DNA from: Pseudovirgaria hyperparasitica
Taxonomy: Eukaryota
Length of the DNA stretch: 64,000 nt
Assembly: GCA_010093815.1 (NCBI GenBank)
Contig: ML996587.1
Reading direction: 5' to 3' (one strand)
Shown here: positions 14,082 to 27,000 of the stretch, piece after piece
Layout: each line of letters begins with the position of its first letter
Numbering within the stretch: position 1 is the first letter of the stretch
Program-made: the position numbers and the translations under genes
Notes under the pieces: generated by a model
What the model saw: only the letters and a program-made list of their open reading frames with translations
What the model was told of the DNA's origin: nothing
Database searches by the model: none

Positions 14082-17000
14082 AGAAACTTCTCACACCCTA
14101 ACGGACTAAACTAGTTAATTCGGGGTAAAACAGCGATTTACATACATTAAATAATAGAGTATACCGAGTATAACAACCTCCGACACACGTGCGTACGTAT
14201 AGTATATAATACGCAACGATACCGACGTATAGAGATACTATATATATACGCTTAAAGACTCTTCGATAACACGAGCATAGACTATATCTAATAAACGCCG
14301 ACACGCCGACCCCCTTTTATTAGTTAAGGGCTACCCTTAACTAATAACCATGGCGGCCTTAGGCATTATAATACCCCGGTATACGCCGGATATACCCCTA
14401 CTAGTACGGTAGAAACGGCCATATAGCGATATTAATATAGATAGCTAGACACCTATCTAAAATATAGGAACTAACTAAGGGTGCGAAGTACTATAGATAA
14501 CCTAGACCGAGGGGACCCTAAGAGGGGAGACCCTCCTAGATAAAATTAAATACTAGGTAACACGTATAGAGAGGGACGCCGAGAAGGGAAAGAAGACCCT
14601 CCTTTATATATTCCGGGACCTTATCCGGAACCTAAGAGGAATTATAGAGGAAGAAAGGAAGTCGCCACGAGAGAAACCTAGTAGTAGACTTAACCGAATG
14701 GAAGCCAGCCTACGGAGAATCTAGGAAGAGCTATTCTAAGGTAAGCGCCCTAACACGTGGGCTTAGATTATAGTAATACCCGGAGCTACCGCACTAAGGA
14801 CTACTAGGACTATAGATAGAGTATATAGTATATGTATTATAATCTAGGATAAGAATAAGCTAGTATAGGTCTAACGGGCATCCCTAAAGGAAATTATAAA
14901 TAAGATTAACGAATAGAAAGGAATATAGTCAAGCGTCGTAGCTACTAAAGTTACGCTAGGTAGGGTAGTACTTACTACTATAACGAATACTACGTAGTAA
15001 AACATCTCGCGAGATCCGAACGCGATAGATAGTATCTTCCCTAGCGCGTCTATTAGGGTAGCTATATACCCGATTATAGTATATATAGTACCTATATAGG
15101 GATAGGCTATCGGAGCGGAGGATATTACGCGTATAGAATAATCTAACACGCGAAAATACCTAGGGATTAAGATTGTGAAAGCGTGGTAGAAGAACCTATA
15201 GGCGATTAAGACGACGGCGAAAAAACACTCTACTATAATTATAGAGCTCCGAGACCCCGCCCTCGTATAATATATTATATAGAAGGGATTCCTAATAGAA
15301 GGAGAGCTCCTTATAGCCGAGCTATAGAATAGAGTATAGGTAATAATATAGTGCTTTAACTATTAAGGGTATAGATATACTATATAAAGGTACTTATAGA
15401 AGACTAAGTGCGGATAGTGCCGTAGGGACCACGCTATCTAGGAGTGCCCTTATAAACCGCGAGGAGATGGACTAAGAAATAGGGATATAGTATAGTATTT
15501 AAACTACGACGGGAAATACCCGTCGTAGTCGTTAACGTGCATAAAACGTAAATAGGTTATAGAATATATTCGCACGATAAAAGCGAGAGGCGCGAGATAG
15601 TTATAGAATATAACACCTACCACGAGCCCTTCCTTTATAATACCCCTAACCTCCCCCCCGGAAGGTAGTTAGGCGGGATAGTAGACTATCCCGAAGACGA
15701 TAGGACGACTAAAAGGTATAGTTAAAGCCGCTGCCGCGCGAGGATAGTCGCGCCTCTAAGGAATAAATATATAGATATATATACTCTCTAGTACCTAATA
15801 AGGGACTAGAATATACTCTAAATTATATAGGTAAATATATAATATAAAAGAGAGAACTAGGTAACGCTCCTCGAAGAGACCGGGGCTATAATACTTACTA
15901 TCTAGGAACCCTATAAATACTACTAGACGAGTAAACTAACCATACACTCCGGATACCATACTATACACCCTCTAGGACTAGAAAGACGAGTCCTCTTCTA
16001 TATTTATAGGTTAATACTACTCTTATTATAGTTATATACCGAGCGCGATAACCTTAGGATAATACTACACCTATAAATAGATATAGGCCCCCTATATATA
16101 TATAATATATATAACTAATAACGTATACTTATACTAGACGAGATACTCGAGGGTACTACGGAACTAGGGTAACACATCCTCCTAGAAGACTTTAACCTCT
16201 ACCACCGATAGTAGGGAGGCCTAGCCATAGTTAGGGAAGAACTTAGAGTAAGGGAACTACGTACCCGCTACCACGACTTCCTATACCTACTTACACCTAT
16301 AGAATAAGTTATATAGAAAAAACATAAATAGAACGAAGACGGGTCTACGCTTAACCTTACCTTCGCCATAGAGTATATTAGTTACCAGATCTAATACTAC
16401 CGCCTAGGCTAGGTATAGATAGATTCCGACTATAAATATATAGAAACTATAATAAACGTATATACCCCGAATAAATAACGGGGACGATAGATATAGAAGG
16501 ATACTAACTAGGAAAAGTACCTAAAGGACCTAGAATCGGCGATCCTAGATCCCTCTATAGTCGATATATCTAACGACCTAGCCATAGACTAGGCCGTATA
16601 GATACTCCTATAAATATACTAGAATGCGAGAAATAAACACGTACTATACCGAATATACCGGCCCCCAGGAGTAAAGGGGATTCCTTAAGTACGGGAAAGT
16701 AGATAAGACGCCCAAAGGCTATATAGACGCGTATACTATACGAGAATACCCGGGTCGTAGGAAGAATAGAAGAAAGTAATATAATAACGCGATAAAGTCC
16801 TCCGTAATAAAAGGCGTAAATAGTAGTATATAATTACTAGTTAATAGACACGANNNNNNNNNNNNNNNNNNNNNNNNNNNNNNNNNNNNNNNNNNNNNNN
16901 NNNNNNNNNNNNNNNNNNNNNNNNNNNNNNNNNNNNNNNNNNNNNNNNNNNNNNNNNNNNNNNNNNNNNNNNNNNNNNNNNNNNNNNNNNNNNNNNNNNN

Positions 17001-19148
17001 NNNNNNNNNNNNNNNNNNNNNNNNNNNNNNNNNNNNNNNNNNNNNNNNNNNNNNNNNNNNNNNNNNNNNNNNNNNNNNNNNNNNNNNNNNNNNNNNNNNN
17101 NNNNNNNNNNNNNNNNNNNNNNNNNNNNNNNNNNNNNNNNNNNNNNNNNNNNNNNNNNNNNNNNNNNNNNNNNNNNNNNNNNNNNNNNNNNNNNNNNNNN
17201 NNNNNNNNNNNNNNNNNNNNNNNNNNNNNNNNNNNNNNNNNNNNNNNNNNNNNNNNNNNNNNNNNNNNNNNNNNNNNNNNNNNNNNNNNNNNNNNNNNNN
17301 NNNNNNNNNNNNNNNNNNNNNNNNNNNNNNNNNNNNNNNNNNNNNNNNNNNNNNNNNNNNNNNAGACGAATACTAGAATAGATTATACGCTTTATATAGT
17401 TATTCCTCATAGGAAGAATAACTTAGATATATATCCCTAGGTACTAGAGCGAATATAAAGAGACGGTATACGGCATCCTATAAGGGAGCACCATCTCTCC
17501 GATTCTATTCCTCTTCTTTATAGTAGACCTTCTTTAAGGAATAAAGTATATAGAGATAGTTAGATACGCTAATAATATATACCTTCTAGCTATTGATAAT
17601 AATACCAAACGAACGTATAGATAACTAGAATAGAACCACGAGAGGTACCTCTAGTAGGTAAAACGCTATGGAGTAAAGTTCGCCCTAGAGAAATACTAGC
17701 TCATGTACTTTATTAATCGTTAAGGGAAATAGATAACTAGGAAAGGTAAATAACGCCCCCGAATCGACGTATTTAACGAACTACTAGTATAAAGTATACA
17801 CGCGCTTAGAGTTATACTAGATAGTAAGCTTAAATGGGGACCATAAGTAGTATACGCCGTCTCTAGGGCCCTCTAGGTAGAAGCCGCTATATAATAGATT
17901 ATAGCCTCCACGTAGGGAACCGCCCGGGATAAGGCACGCTAGCTATATATATCTATAGTACGACCCGCCTTTATGTACGGACACGAGTACTAGTATACGG
18001 CCCTTATATAGACTAGGCGAATAAAGCTCGAATCCATATAGAACCGTATACTCCGTCTTATATTAGGCGTATATAAAGCTACTAACACGGTGCTACTACG
18101 ACGCGAGATAGACGTCATAAGTATATATAACTTCTACTAGACATAGAGGGTGGTATACTTTACTAAATAATAAGTATAGGAATATATAGGAAACGTAGAA
18201 TATACTTTCGCCGCACTACGTGTACGAATTAGTATATATTACCACGCACTCCTATATATAGGCCGGAATCGAATACGGTATAGGTGCTTAATAGAAGCCA
18301 ACTCTAGCTAAGTAGTATAAGAAGTCCGAGATAACCCGGACGCTCTCCTAGACTAGTAGAGCCTTTAAGAACTTATAAAAAACATACGGTCGTAGACTTA
18401 AGATAAGTAGAAAGAGGCACTCCGTGCCTACTAGACCTCCTAGTAGAATAGGTATCTAGAGTAGATTCGAGAGCTATAGAAGGAACTAAGTAAATAGATA
18501 TATAAAGGGCTAACGAAAGCCTAAGTATCTATACTCATCTAAGCCCGAACGGGCGCTATAGAACTCCTATACTATATCTATAAGAGAGGCGTTCCTAATA
18601 CCTCTCTATAGTATAAGGCGTATAGCCGGAGAGGTATAATATGCTACTATCTAGCTATATACCCTAACCTCTATATATAACGGTAATGGCTTATCTACGT
18701 TACGAAGACTTTAGATATCGTATAATAGCTTAATAAGTACTCTAAGGATGTCTCCCGATAGATGCTTATATATCTACTACTCCTCTAGTACTAGTGGACC
18801 TAGAAATATATACCGGAAGAGACCTAGTATACGCTAGTAGTAATCTAATATATACCGGAAGAACCCCGGGAGAACCCCGATTATTAGTTAAGGGTAGCCC
18901 TTAACTAATAACCTCCGCACCTATACGTACTACCTAAGGGTAAAATAACGGTAATATAGGCTATAGGCTAATAGGCGTACCCTATAGCTATATACTTAAG
19001 ACGAAATAGAGGTTTAACGAGATATAGTTATAGATATAAGGAAGTTTTTCCCTATGGGGTTTCTTCTTATATAGTAGCTTAGACTAGAGGAGGCATAGGC
19101 CTGTAGAGTACTACTCTACCTAGTTATATAATATTATTATTATTATTA
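14082..19148 (+). mobile_element. Full-length Tad1-like LINE, subfamily A copy 1 (RIP-inactivated; internal N gap)
   Basis: 15-bp TSD ttatagagcggtatt at 14067-14081 and 19149-19163. ORF1 from ATG 14350 with three CCHC knuckles ~15350-15540. ORF2 APE motifs (IQEP ~15900, GDFNLHH ~16185, SDH ~16425), RT YADD ~17565, C-terminal Cys/His motif ~18610. (TAT)n tail. Confidence 0.92.
16854..17363. other. Assembly gap (510 N) inside LINE ORF2
   Basis: Run of N. Confidence 1.
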
Positions 19149-22100
19149 TTATAGAGCGGTATTTATAAAGTCTAATAAGTATTTAGAGTATATTTATCAG
19201 GGTTATTTAGTAAGTAAGTATAGAATTAAAGCTTTAAGTAAGTTATCTTATAAGTCTTCTTTCTTTTTATTAGGGTAGATTAGTAATATTTCTAGATAAG
19301 AAGATCTATTCTAAGAAGGCTCGCCTTAAGCTAGAGAAAGAATATATAGCTACTATCTAGTAAAAAGCTTAGTAGAACGCTTAGACTACTTTTATATATC
19401 TAGAGCGTTTAGAGAAATAGTAGAAGTTATTAGAGTATTATTAAAATAATATACTTTATTAGAATCTATTAGTAATAGACCTTAAGAAGAAGAAGAAGTA
19501 ACTTAAATAATAATAGAGAGTTATCGCCGAGGAGGTTCTAAATTCTTCCTTAGATTTTAATAATTCTTAGCTTAGTATAGAGAACTAGGCGAATCTAGGT
19601 TTATTTAATAGAACTTCTATAATAGTTACTAGTAGTTTATTAAATATTCCCTAGATTTCTAAGTATTTAATTCGTATCTATAGCCCTTCTACTTAATTAG
19701 ATACTCTAGTATTCTATTACTAATTCTAGATTCTAGAATCTTTTTAACTTTAAATTCTTTATCTATAGTTTTAATATTAGTTTTAACTTTTATATTATAT
19801 AGTACTAGTTCTAGTAATAAGATATAAAATACTAGGTATATCCTTATATTCTAAGATAAAGATAGTTTATAATTAACTTCTAAAATTTTTTATTTTATTC
19901 TAAAAGGTCTAATCTTCTTAAAGTCTAGTTTACTATTTAGTTATTATATCTTAACGTTTTTTTATATAAGGAATACTAGGTCTTCCCCCTTTAGAGATAG
20001 TCTCTTTATTCTTTTCTAATTTATATATTTTACTATTCTTTTATTTATAAAGGAAAGTTTAGTTTATCGTTCTAAGTATAGCTTATATAGTTATTCTACC
20101 TTAATCTTTACTTTTAGTATAGATTCTTCTAGTTTATAATTATAGCTAGCTATAGAGTTAAATCTATAGTTTATATAGAATAGTAAAGTTTTAGTTATTA
20201 AGGTTATTATACTATTATAGACGAATTAAGCTAGTAGTAGTAGTTCTATCTAATTATTTTATTATTTATTAATATAGTATTATAAGTATTATTCTAGTAT
20301 TCTATTTAGAATCTCTATTTATCTATCTATCTATAGATAATAGACTATTAATAGTTAGTAACTTATTCTAAGCTATTATACTAGGCTTTTCTAAAAGTTT
20401 AATATAAAGAGCTTATCTCTATTAGATATAATACTATTAGATAATCTATAGTTTACTATAACTACTTATAGAAATATATAGACTATTTCTTCTATATCTA
20501 TATTCTTTTAATATAATATAAAGTAGATATACTTTATAAGTTTATTAACTACTACTAGTATAATATTATACTATACTTATAAAACTAGTTCTCTTAAGAG
20601 TAGTAGATCTATTATAAAATCTATAGAGATTATTTTCTAAGTATATAATAGTAGGGGAATTAGTTAGAATTCTCTATATAGTTTATATCTATTAGATTAG
20701 CTTTTACTATATAGAATATAGTTCTATATAACTTCTTTAATAACTTATCTTTTCTTATAGATTATATAGTATCTCTTAAATTATTTATAAGTTTTTATTT
20801 CTTCTTAGTATCTATATATTAGACCTTTATAGAATTCTTTAATAAAGTAATAGATCTTATCTCTAGGAATTATACTTCTTCCCTTAGAGTCTTTAAGTAT
20901 AAATTCTTTTTATATTACTATAATATATTATATTAGTCTAAGGTTTCTATCTTTAGTAACTTCTAATATAGTCTATTCTATAGTAGGTTCTTTTTACTTA
21001 TATTCCGCTTATTAGCTAAGGGCGTTAGCTCTTCTACTTTTAGATTTCTTATAGTATATAATCTAAATATTAAATTCTATAAGAAGCTTATATTAACTAA
21101 TTTACTTCTTTTATAGTTCCTTTATTATAGTAAAGGTTATAAGATTCTTATAGTTAGTATATATTTTTATTATATAGTCTAATCTATAAAGATAGCTTCT
21201 CTATTCCTTAAGGTATTTAATAATAGTATAGAGTTCTTTTTTATAGATTAGCTAGTTTATTTCTAATCCTTAGAATTTTTAGAAGTAAAATACTATAGAA
21301 GATCTTTTCTCTTATTTATCTATCTAGGTTAACTACCCTTTAATAGTAAATTCTAATATATCTATCTCTAAGTTTCTCTATTTAATATATCTTTAATACT
21401 AGTTTAGTTATAATAGATTCTTTTAACTACTAAAATACTTATTTCTATCTTAGTTTCTATTTAAATATTATATTCTTCTTTATAAGCTTATATAGTAGGG
21501 CTATTTTTATAGAATAGTTATATATAAATTTCCTATAAAAGTTCATAAATCTAGTAAATCCTTAGATTTCCTTAACTATCTTAGATTACTTCTAATTTTT
21601 AATAACCTTAATTTTCTTTAGATCTATTTATATTTCTCTAGATATAATCTTAAATTCTAGAAATATAACTTTCTATATATAGAAGATACTCTTCTTTAAT
21701 TCTACTAGTAGATTTACTATTTATAGTTTCTAAAGTATCTTATATATATATTCTCTATACTCTAATAGATTCTTTAAATAAATTAATATATTATCTAGGT
21801 AGACTATTATAAAGTAGTTAAGGTATTTTCTTAATATATTATTAATTAGTATCTAAAATATAGCTAGTATATTAGTTAGTCTAAATAGTATTACTAGATA
21901 TTTATAGTAGCTATAATAAGTCTAAAAGGCTATTTTCTATTTATCTTCTTCTACTATATATATAAGATTATAGACTTCTTATAAATCTATTATAGTAAAG
22001 TACTAAGCTTCTATAAGTTAGTTCTATAACTTATTAATTTAGGGTAAAGAATATTAGTTTTTAATAGTAATATTATTTAGATATTAATAGTCTATATAGA

Positions 22101-22994
22101 GTTATTTACTTCTATCTTTCTTTAGTATAAAGAGTATTAGATATTCTATAGGTAATTTAGATAGTTAGATATATTCTTTTACTTCTATTTTCTTAATATA
22201 TTATCGTATTATTTCTAGTTATTTTTTAGTAAGTTAATATATACTTTTAAATATAGATAATATTCCTAGTTAGAGTATTATTATATAGTTATATAGACTA
22301 TACTTTAGTAGTCTTATCTTAAGTTCTTCTTTAAAGATAATATAATATTAGTAATAGTCCTTTAGTATAAGTATGTTATTTATTTTTTAAATCTATTTAT
22401 CTATAGACGTACTTTATTATACTATATATTTCTTATATAAGGGTCTACTCTTAATATTATCTTACTTATTATTAAGCTTCTAAATATAGTAGATAGACTT
22501 TCTAGTTATTAGCGCCTTTATAGATTTATTAATCTCTAATTCTTCTTTAATAGTTTCTAAGGGTCTTAACGTTTCCTAGGGTATAATTTCCTTAGTTTTC
22601 TAGTTAATTATAGAGTTAACTTCTTTAAGCTATAGTATTTCTAGAATTAAGTTATATTATTCTAGCTCTACTATATCTAATTATAGTTATTAGTATTCTA
22701 TTATTAAGACTAAATCTAAAGGTTCTATTTCTAAGTATACTATTCTATTAATATATTCTATATTAAGTCCTTTAATTATAGATAGCTTATATAGTTCTTC
22801 TTTACTATTATAGAGTATTTTTAGTTTATCTACTATAGTTAGAGAGATAAAGTTAGACTATACTCTACTATTAATTAATACTTTAATAGAGTATTTTTAA
22901 TAGAGCTAAATTTTAAGAGATATCTATATTTCGTTATCTAAGCTACTAATAGATATAAGAGATTTTCTTTTTAGCTTAGCTATTTCTCTTAGTA

Positions 22995-23699
22995 NNNNNN
23001 NNNNNNNNNNNNNNNNNNNNNNNNNNNNNNNNNNNNNNNNNNNNNNNNNNNNNNNNNNNNNNNNNNNNNNNNNNNNNNNNNNNNNNNNNNNNNNNNNNNN
23101 NNNNNNNNNNNNNNNNNNNNNNNNNNNNNNNNNNNNNNNNNNNNNNNNNNNNNNNNNNNNNNNNNNNNNNNNNNNNNNNNNNNNNNNNNNNNNNNNNNNN
23201 NNNNNNNNNNNNNNNNNNNNNNNNNNNNNNNNNNNNNNNNNNNNNNNNNNNNNNNNNNNNNNNNNNNNNNNNNNNNNNNNNNNNNNNNNNNNNNNNNNNN
23301 NNNNNNNNNNNNNNNNNNNNNNNNNNNNNNNNNNNNNNNNNNNNNNNNNNNNNNNNNNNNNNNNNNNNNNNNNNNNNNNNNNNNNNNNNNNNNNNNNNNN
23401 NNNNNNNNNNNNNNNNNNNNNNNNNNNNNNNNNNNNNNNNNNNNNNNNNNNNNNNNNNNNNNNNNNNNNNNNNNNNNNNNNNNNNNNNNNNNNNNNNNNN
23501 NNNNNNNNNNNNNNNNNNNNNNNNNNNNNNNNNNNNNNNNNNNNNNNNNNNNNNNNNNNNNNNNNNNNNNNNNNNNNNNNNNNNNNNNNNNNNNNNNNNN
23601 NNNNNNNNNNNNNNNNNNNNNNNNNNNNNNNNNNNNNNNNNNNNNNNNNNNNNNNNNNNNNNNNNNNNNNNNNNNNNNNNNNNNNNNNNNNNNNNNNNN
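22995..23699. other. Assembly gap (705 N) inside the Gypsy gag/pol region
   Basis: Run of N. Confidence 1.
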
Positions 23700-24031
23700 G
23701 GTTAGTAGAATAGTCTCTCTCTCTAGAGATTTTATCCTTAATATTATTATAGAGTTCTATATAGAACTAGAGAATTAGAGGTTTATTATTCTAGCCTAAC
23801 TAACTTAAGACTTATTAGAATTTAAAGGTATAGTTAGATATAGATTTTATCTAGACTATTTACTAGATCTATCTCTTAGCTATTCTTTATTTATCTATAT
23901 CTCTAAAGGTTATCTTAATATATTTCTTAAATTCTTTAAAATATTTAAAGATCTTAGTAGTATTATTCTATTAATTCTATAGATTATTTTCTATAAAGTC
24001 CCTTAAGTAGAGTTTAAACTAAATAAGTATA

Positions 24032-27000
24032 ATAATAATAATAATAATAATATTAGTAAACTAGGTAGAGTACCACTCTATAGGCGCATGCCTCCTCTAG
24101 TCTAAGCTACTATATAAGAAGAAACCTACGAATAGGAAAAACTCCCTTATATCCATGACTACGCTCTGTCTATCCTCTCGTTCTTTTATATATATAGCCC
24201 TAGGGGCTACCCATGGGCCTATAGCCTATGTTATAATGGTTTACCCTTAGGCAGCACGTGTAGGTGCGGAGATTATTAGTTAAGGGCTACCCTTAACTAA
24301 TAATCGCGGTTCTCCCGGGGTTCTTCCGACGTATACTAGGGTTCTTCTAGTATATATCGGGCTTCTTCCGGTATATATACGTAGGTCTACTAGAACTAGG
24401 GGAGAGGAAGGTGTGTAAGTATCTATCGGGCGACGTCCTTAGAGTACTTATTAAGCTATCGCGTAATGTTAGAGGTCCTTATTATACGGACGAGGGCTTA
24501 TCTTAGGGTATAGAGGCTAGAGCACGTCGCGAGGTAGTGGCGTATTATATCTCTCCGGCCGTAGTCCTCGTACTAGAGAGATACATCTAGGACGCCTCTC
24601 TAGTAGAGGTAATATAGAAGATCTATAGCGCCTATTTAGGCTTAGAGGAGTATAGATACTTAGGCCTTCGTTAGCCCTTTATACATCTATTTACTTAGTT
24701 CCTTCTAAGGCCCTTAGATCTATTCTAGATACCTATTCTATTAGGAGGCCCACTAGGCTTTAAGTACCTCCCTCTATTTATCCTAGATCTACGACCGTAT
24801 AACGCGGCTAAGCTCCTTAGGGCTCTATTAGCTTAGGACGGCGTCCGGGTTATTTTAAACCTTCTACACGGTCTAGCTCGAGTCCGCCTCTATATAGTAT
24901 TTATATTATACTCGAGTTCGTCCTATAGTAGGGAGGGCCTAGTAATACGCGTGGATACGTGTACGTAGTACGGCGAAGGTATATACCCTATCTCCTCCAC
25001 GTTCTTATACTTATTATTTAGTAAAGTATATAAGTCTCTATATCTAGTAGAAGTCCTATATACTTATTACGTTTATCTCGCGTCGGAGAAGCATTATATT
25101 AGTAGCTTTATATACGCCGGAGATAAGGCGGAGTATATAGTTTTATATAGACTTAAGCTTTACCCGCTAAGCTTATATAAGGGCCGTATACTAGTACTTA
25201 TATCCGTATATAAAGGCTAGGCGTGCTAGAGAGACGTATAGCTATCTCGCCTTATCCCGGGCTATTCCCTACGTAGATACCGTAATCCAGCATATAGCGG
25301 TTTCTACCTAGAGGGCTCTAGAGATAGCGTGTGCCACCTATGGTCCCTATTTTAGCTTATTATTAATTATAACGCCGAGTGCTCGTATACTCTATACTAG
25401 TAGTTCTATAAAGGCGTCGATTTAGGGGCGACGTACCCTCTCCCTAGTAGCCCATCCTCTATAGCGGTTAATAAAGTGTATAAGCTAGTATTTTTCAGGT
25501 ACAAATTTTACTCCGTGGCGCTTTATCTACTATACATATTTCTCGTGGTCTCGTTCGAGTCGTGTATATATTCTACTAGTACTACTATTAACCGTAAGGA
25601 GGTATATATCGTCCACGTATCCGACTATCTCTATATATTCTATTCTCTAAAGGAGGTCTACTATAAAGAAGAGAAAGAGAATCGGGGAGATAGTACTCCC
25701 TTACGGGATGCCGTATACCGTCTCCTTATATTCGCTTCGGTATCCGGGGATATATATTTAAGTAGTCCTTTACGCGAGGAAGGACTATATAAATTATATA
25801 ATCTACTTAGGTATTCGCCTTATCCGGAGGTTATAGATAAGTCTTATATAGTTTACCTTATTAAACGCCCCTACTATATCTAGGGAGAGTAGCGTGACGA
25901 CTCGTTCTTATTTCTATATAGTCTAGATAACCTTAAGGATGTGTTAAATAGCTATAATTAGGGAGCTTCCTATCTTCGCCTTCTAGTTTACTAGGAGAAG
26001 GTCGTGTACCTATACTACTATACTTATCTTCTTAGTAATCATGGCTTCTAGTACCTTGCTAAGGTAGGAGAGGAGGGTAATCGGCCTCTATCCCTTCGGC
26101 GTGTTTAGGCTCTTCTCTAGTTTTAGGAGTATAACCGTGTATATAGTTTAGAAGCTCTATAGGTGGTATCCTATACGGGCGTACGCTCGGAATATATAGC
26201 CTATAATTAGTAAGGTCGCCTATATGGTCCTCTTAAGGCATCGATTTAGAATTCTATCTAGCCCGGGCGCTTTATCGTTCGGGAGTGTCTTAATAGCGCT
26301 AAGTATATTATCGTCCGTGATTTCCCTAGGGATACTTACGGCTTCCGGGTATTCCGTGCCGTTAATATCTAATAGGTCTACGGGTTCTAGAAGAGGGAAC
26401 ATAACCTCTCGTAGAATCTCTATTTTCTTAAGGCTCGTGGAGTATATCTTTTCTTAATATATAAGGGGGGGTATAAGTAGTGTAGGTGTCGGGGAGGCGG
26501 TACTTTTGGCCTATTTTACTATATACTATAGTCTAGTAGTATTATGTGTATATCTATCCGTGACTATACGCTACTATTTATATTACTCGTTACGGAGGAC
26601 CTTATCTCGTTATCTTCTCGTCTCTCTCTATTTATCCTACGCTTTAGGTATATAGTTATAGTATACGCGTGTGTATAATCTCTAGACTTCTCGCCTATAC
26701 TCTTATACTTAAGGTATGCTTTTCGGGTCTAGGGGTCTATATATTCGGTACGGCACGTATTTATCTCTTACTCCCTAGTACGCCTATAGGAGTATGTTCA
26801 CGGCCTAGTCGATGGCCGGGCCATTAGATACGTCGACTATAGACGGGTCTAGAATCGTCGATTCTAGGTCCTTTAGATACTTTTACTAGTTAGTATCCTT
26901 CCATAGCTATCGCCCTCGTTAGTCTTAAGAGGTGGATACGTCTATTATAGTCTCTATATATTCGTGGTTAGAGTCTATCTATATAAGGCTTAGGCGGTAG

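Noticed and set aside
16841..17410. ORFs spanning N runs (also 61518-61787)
   Set aside because: Open only because N translates as X.
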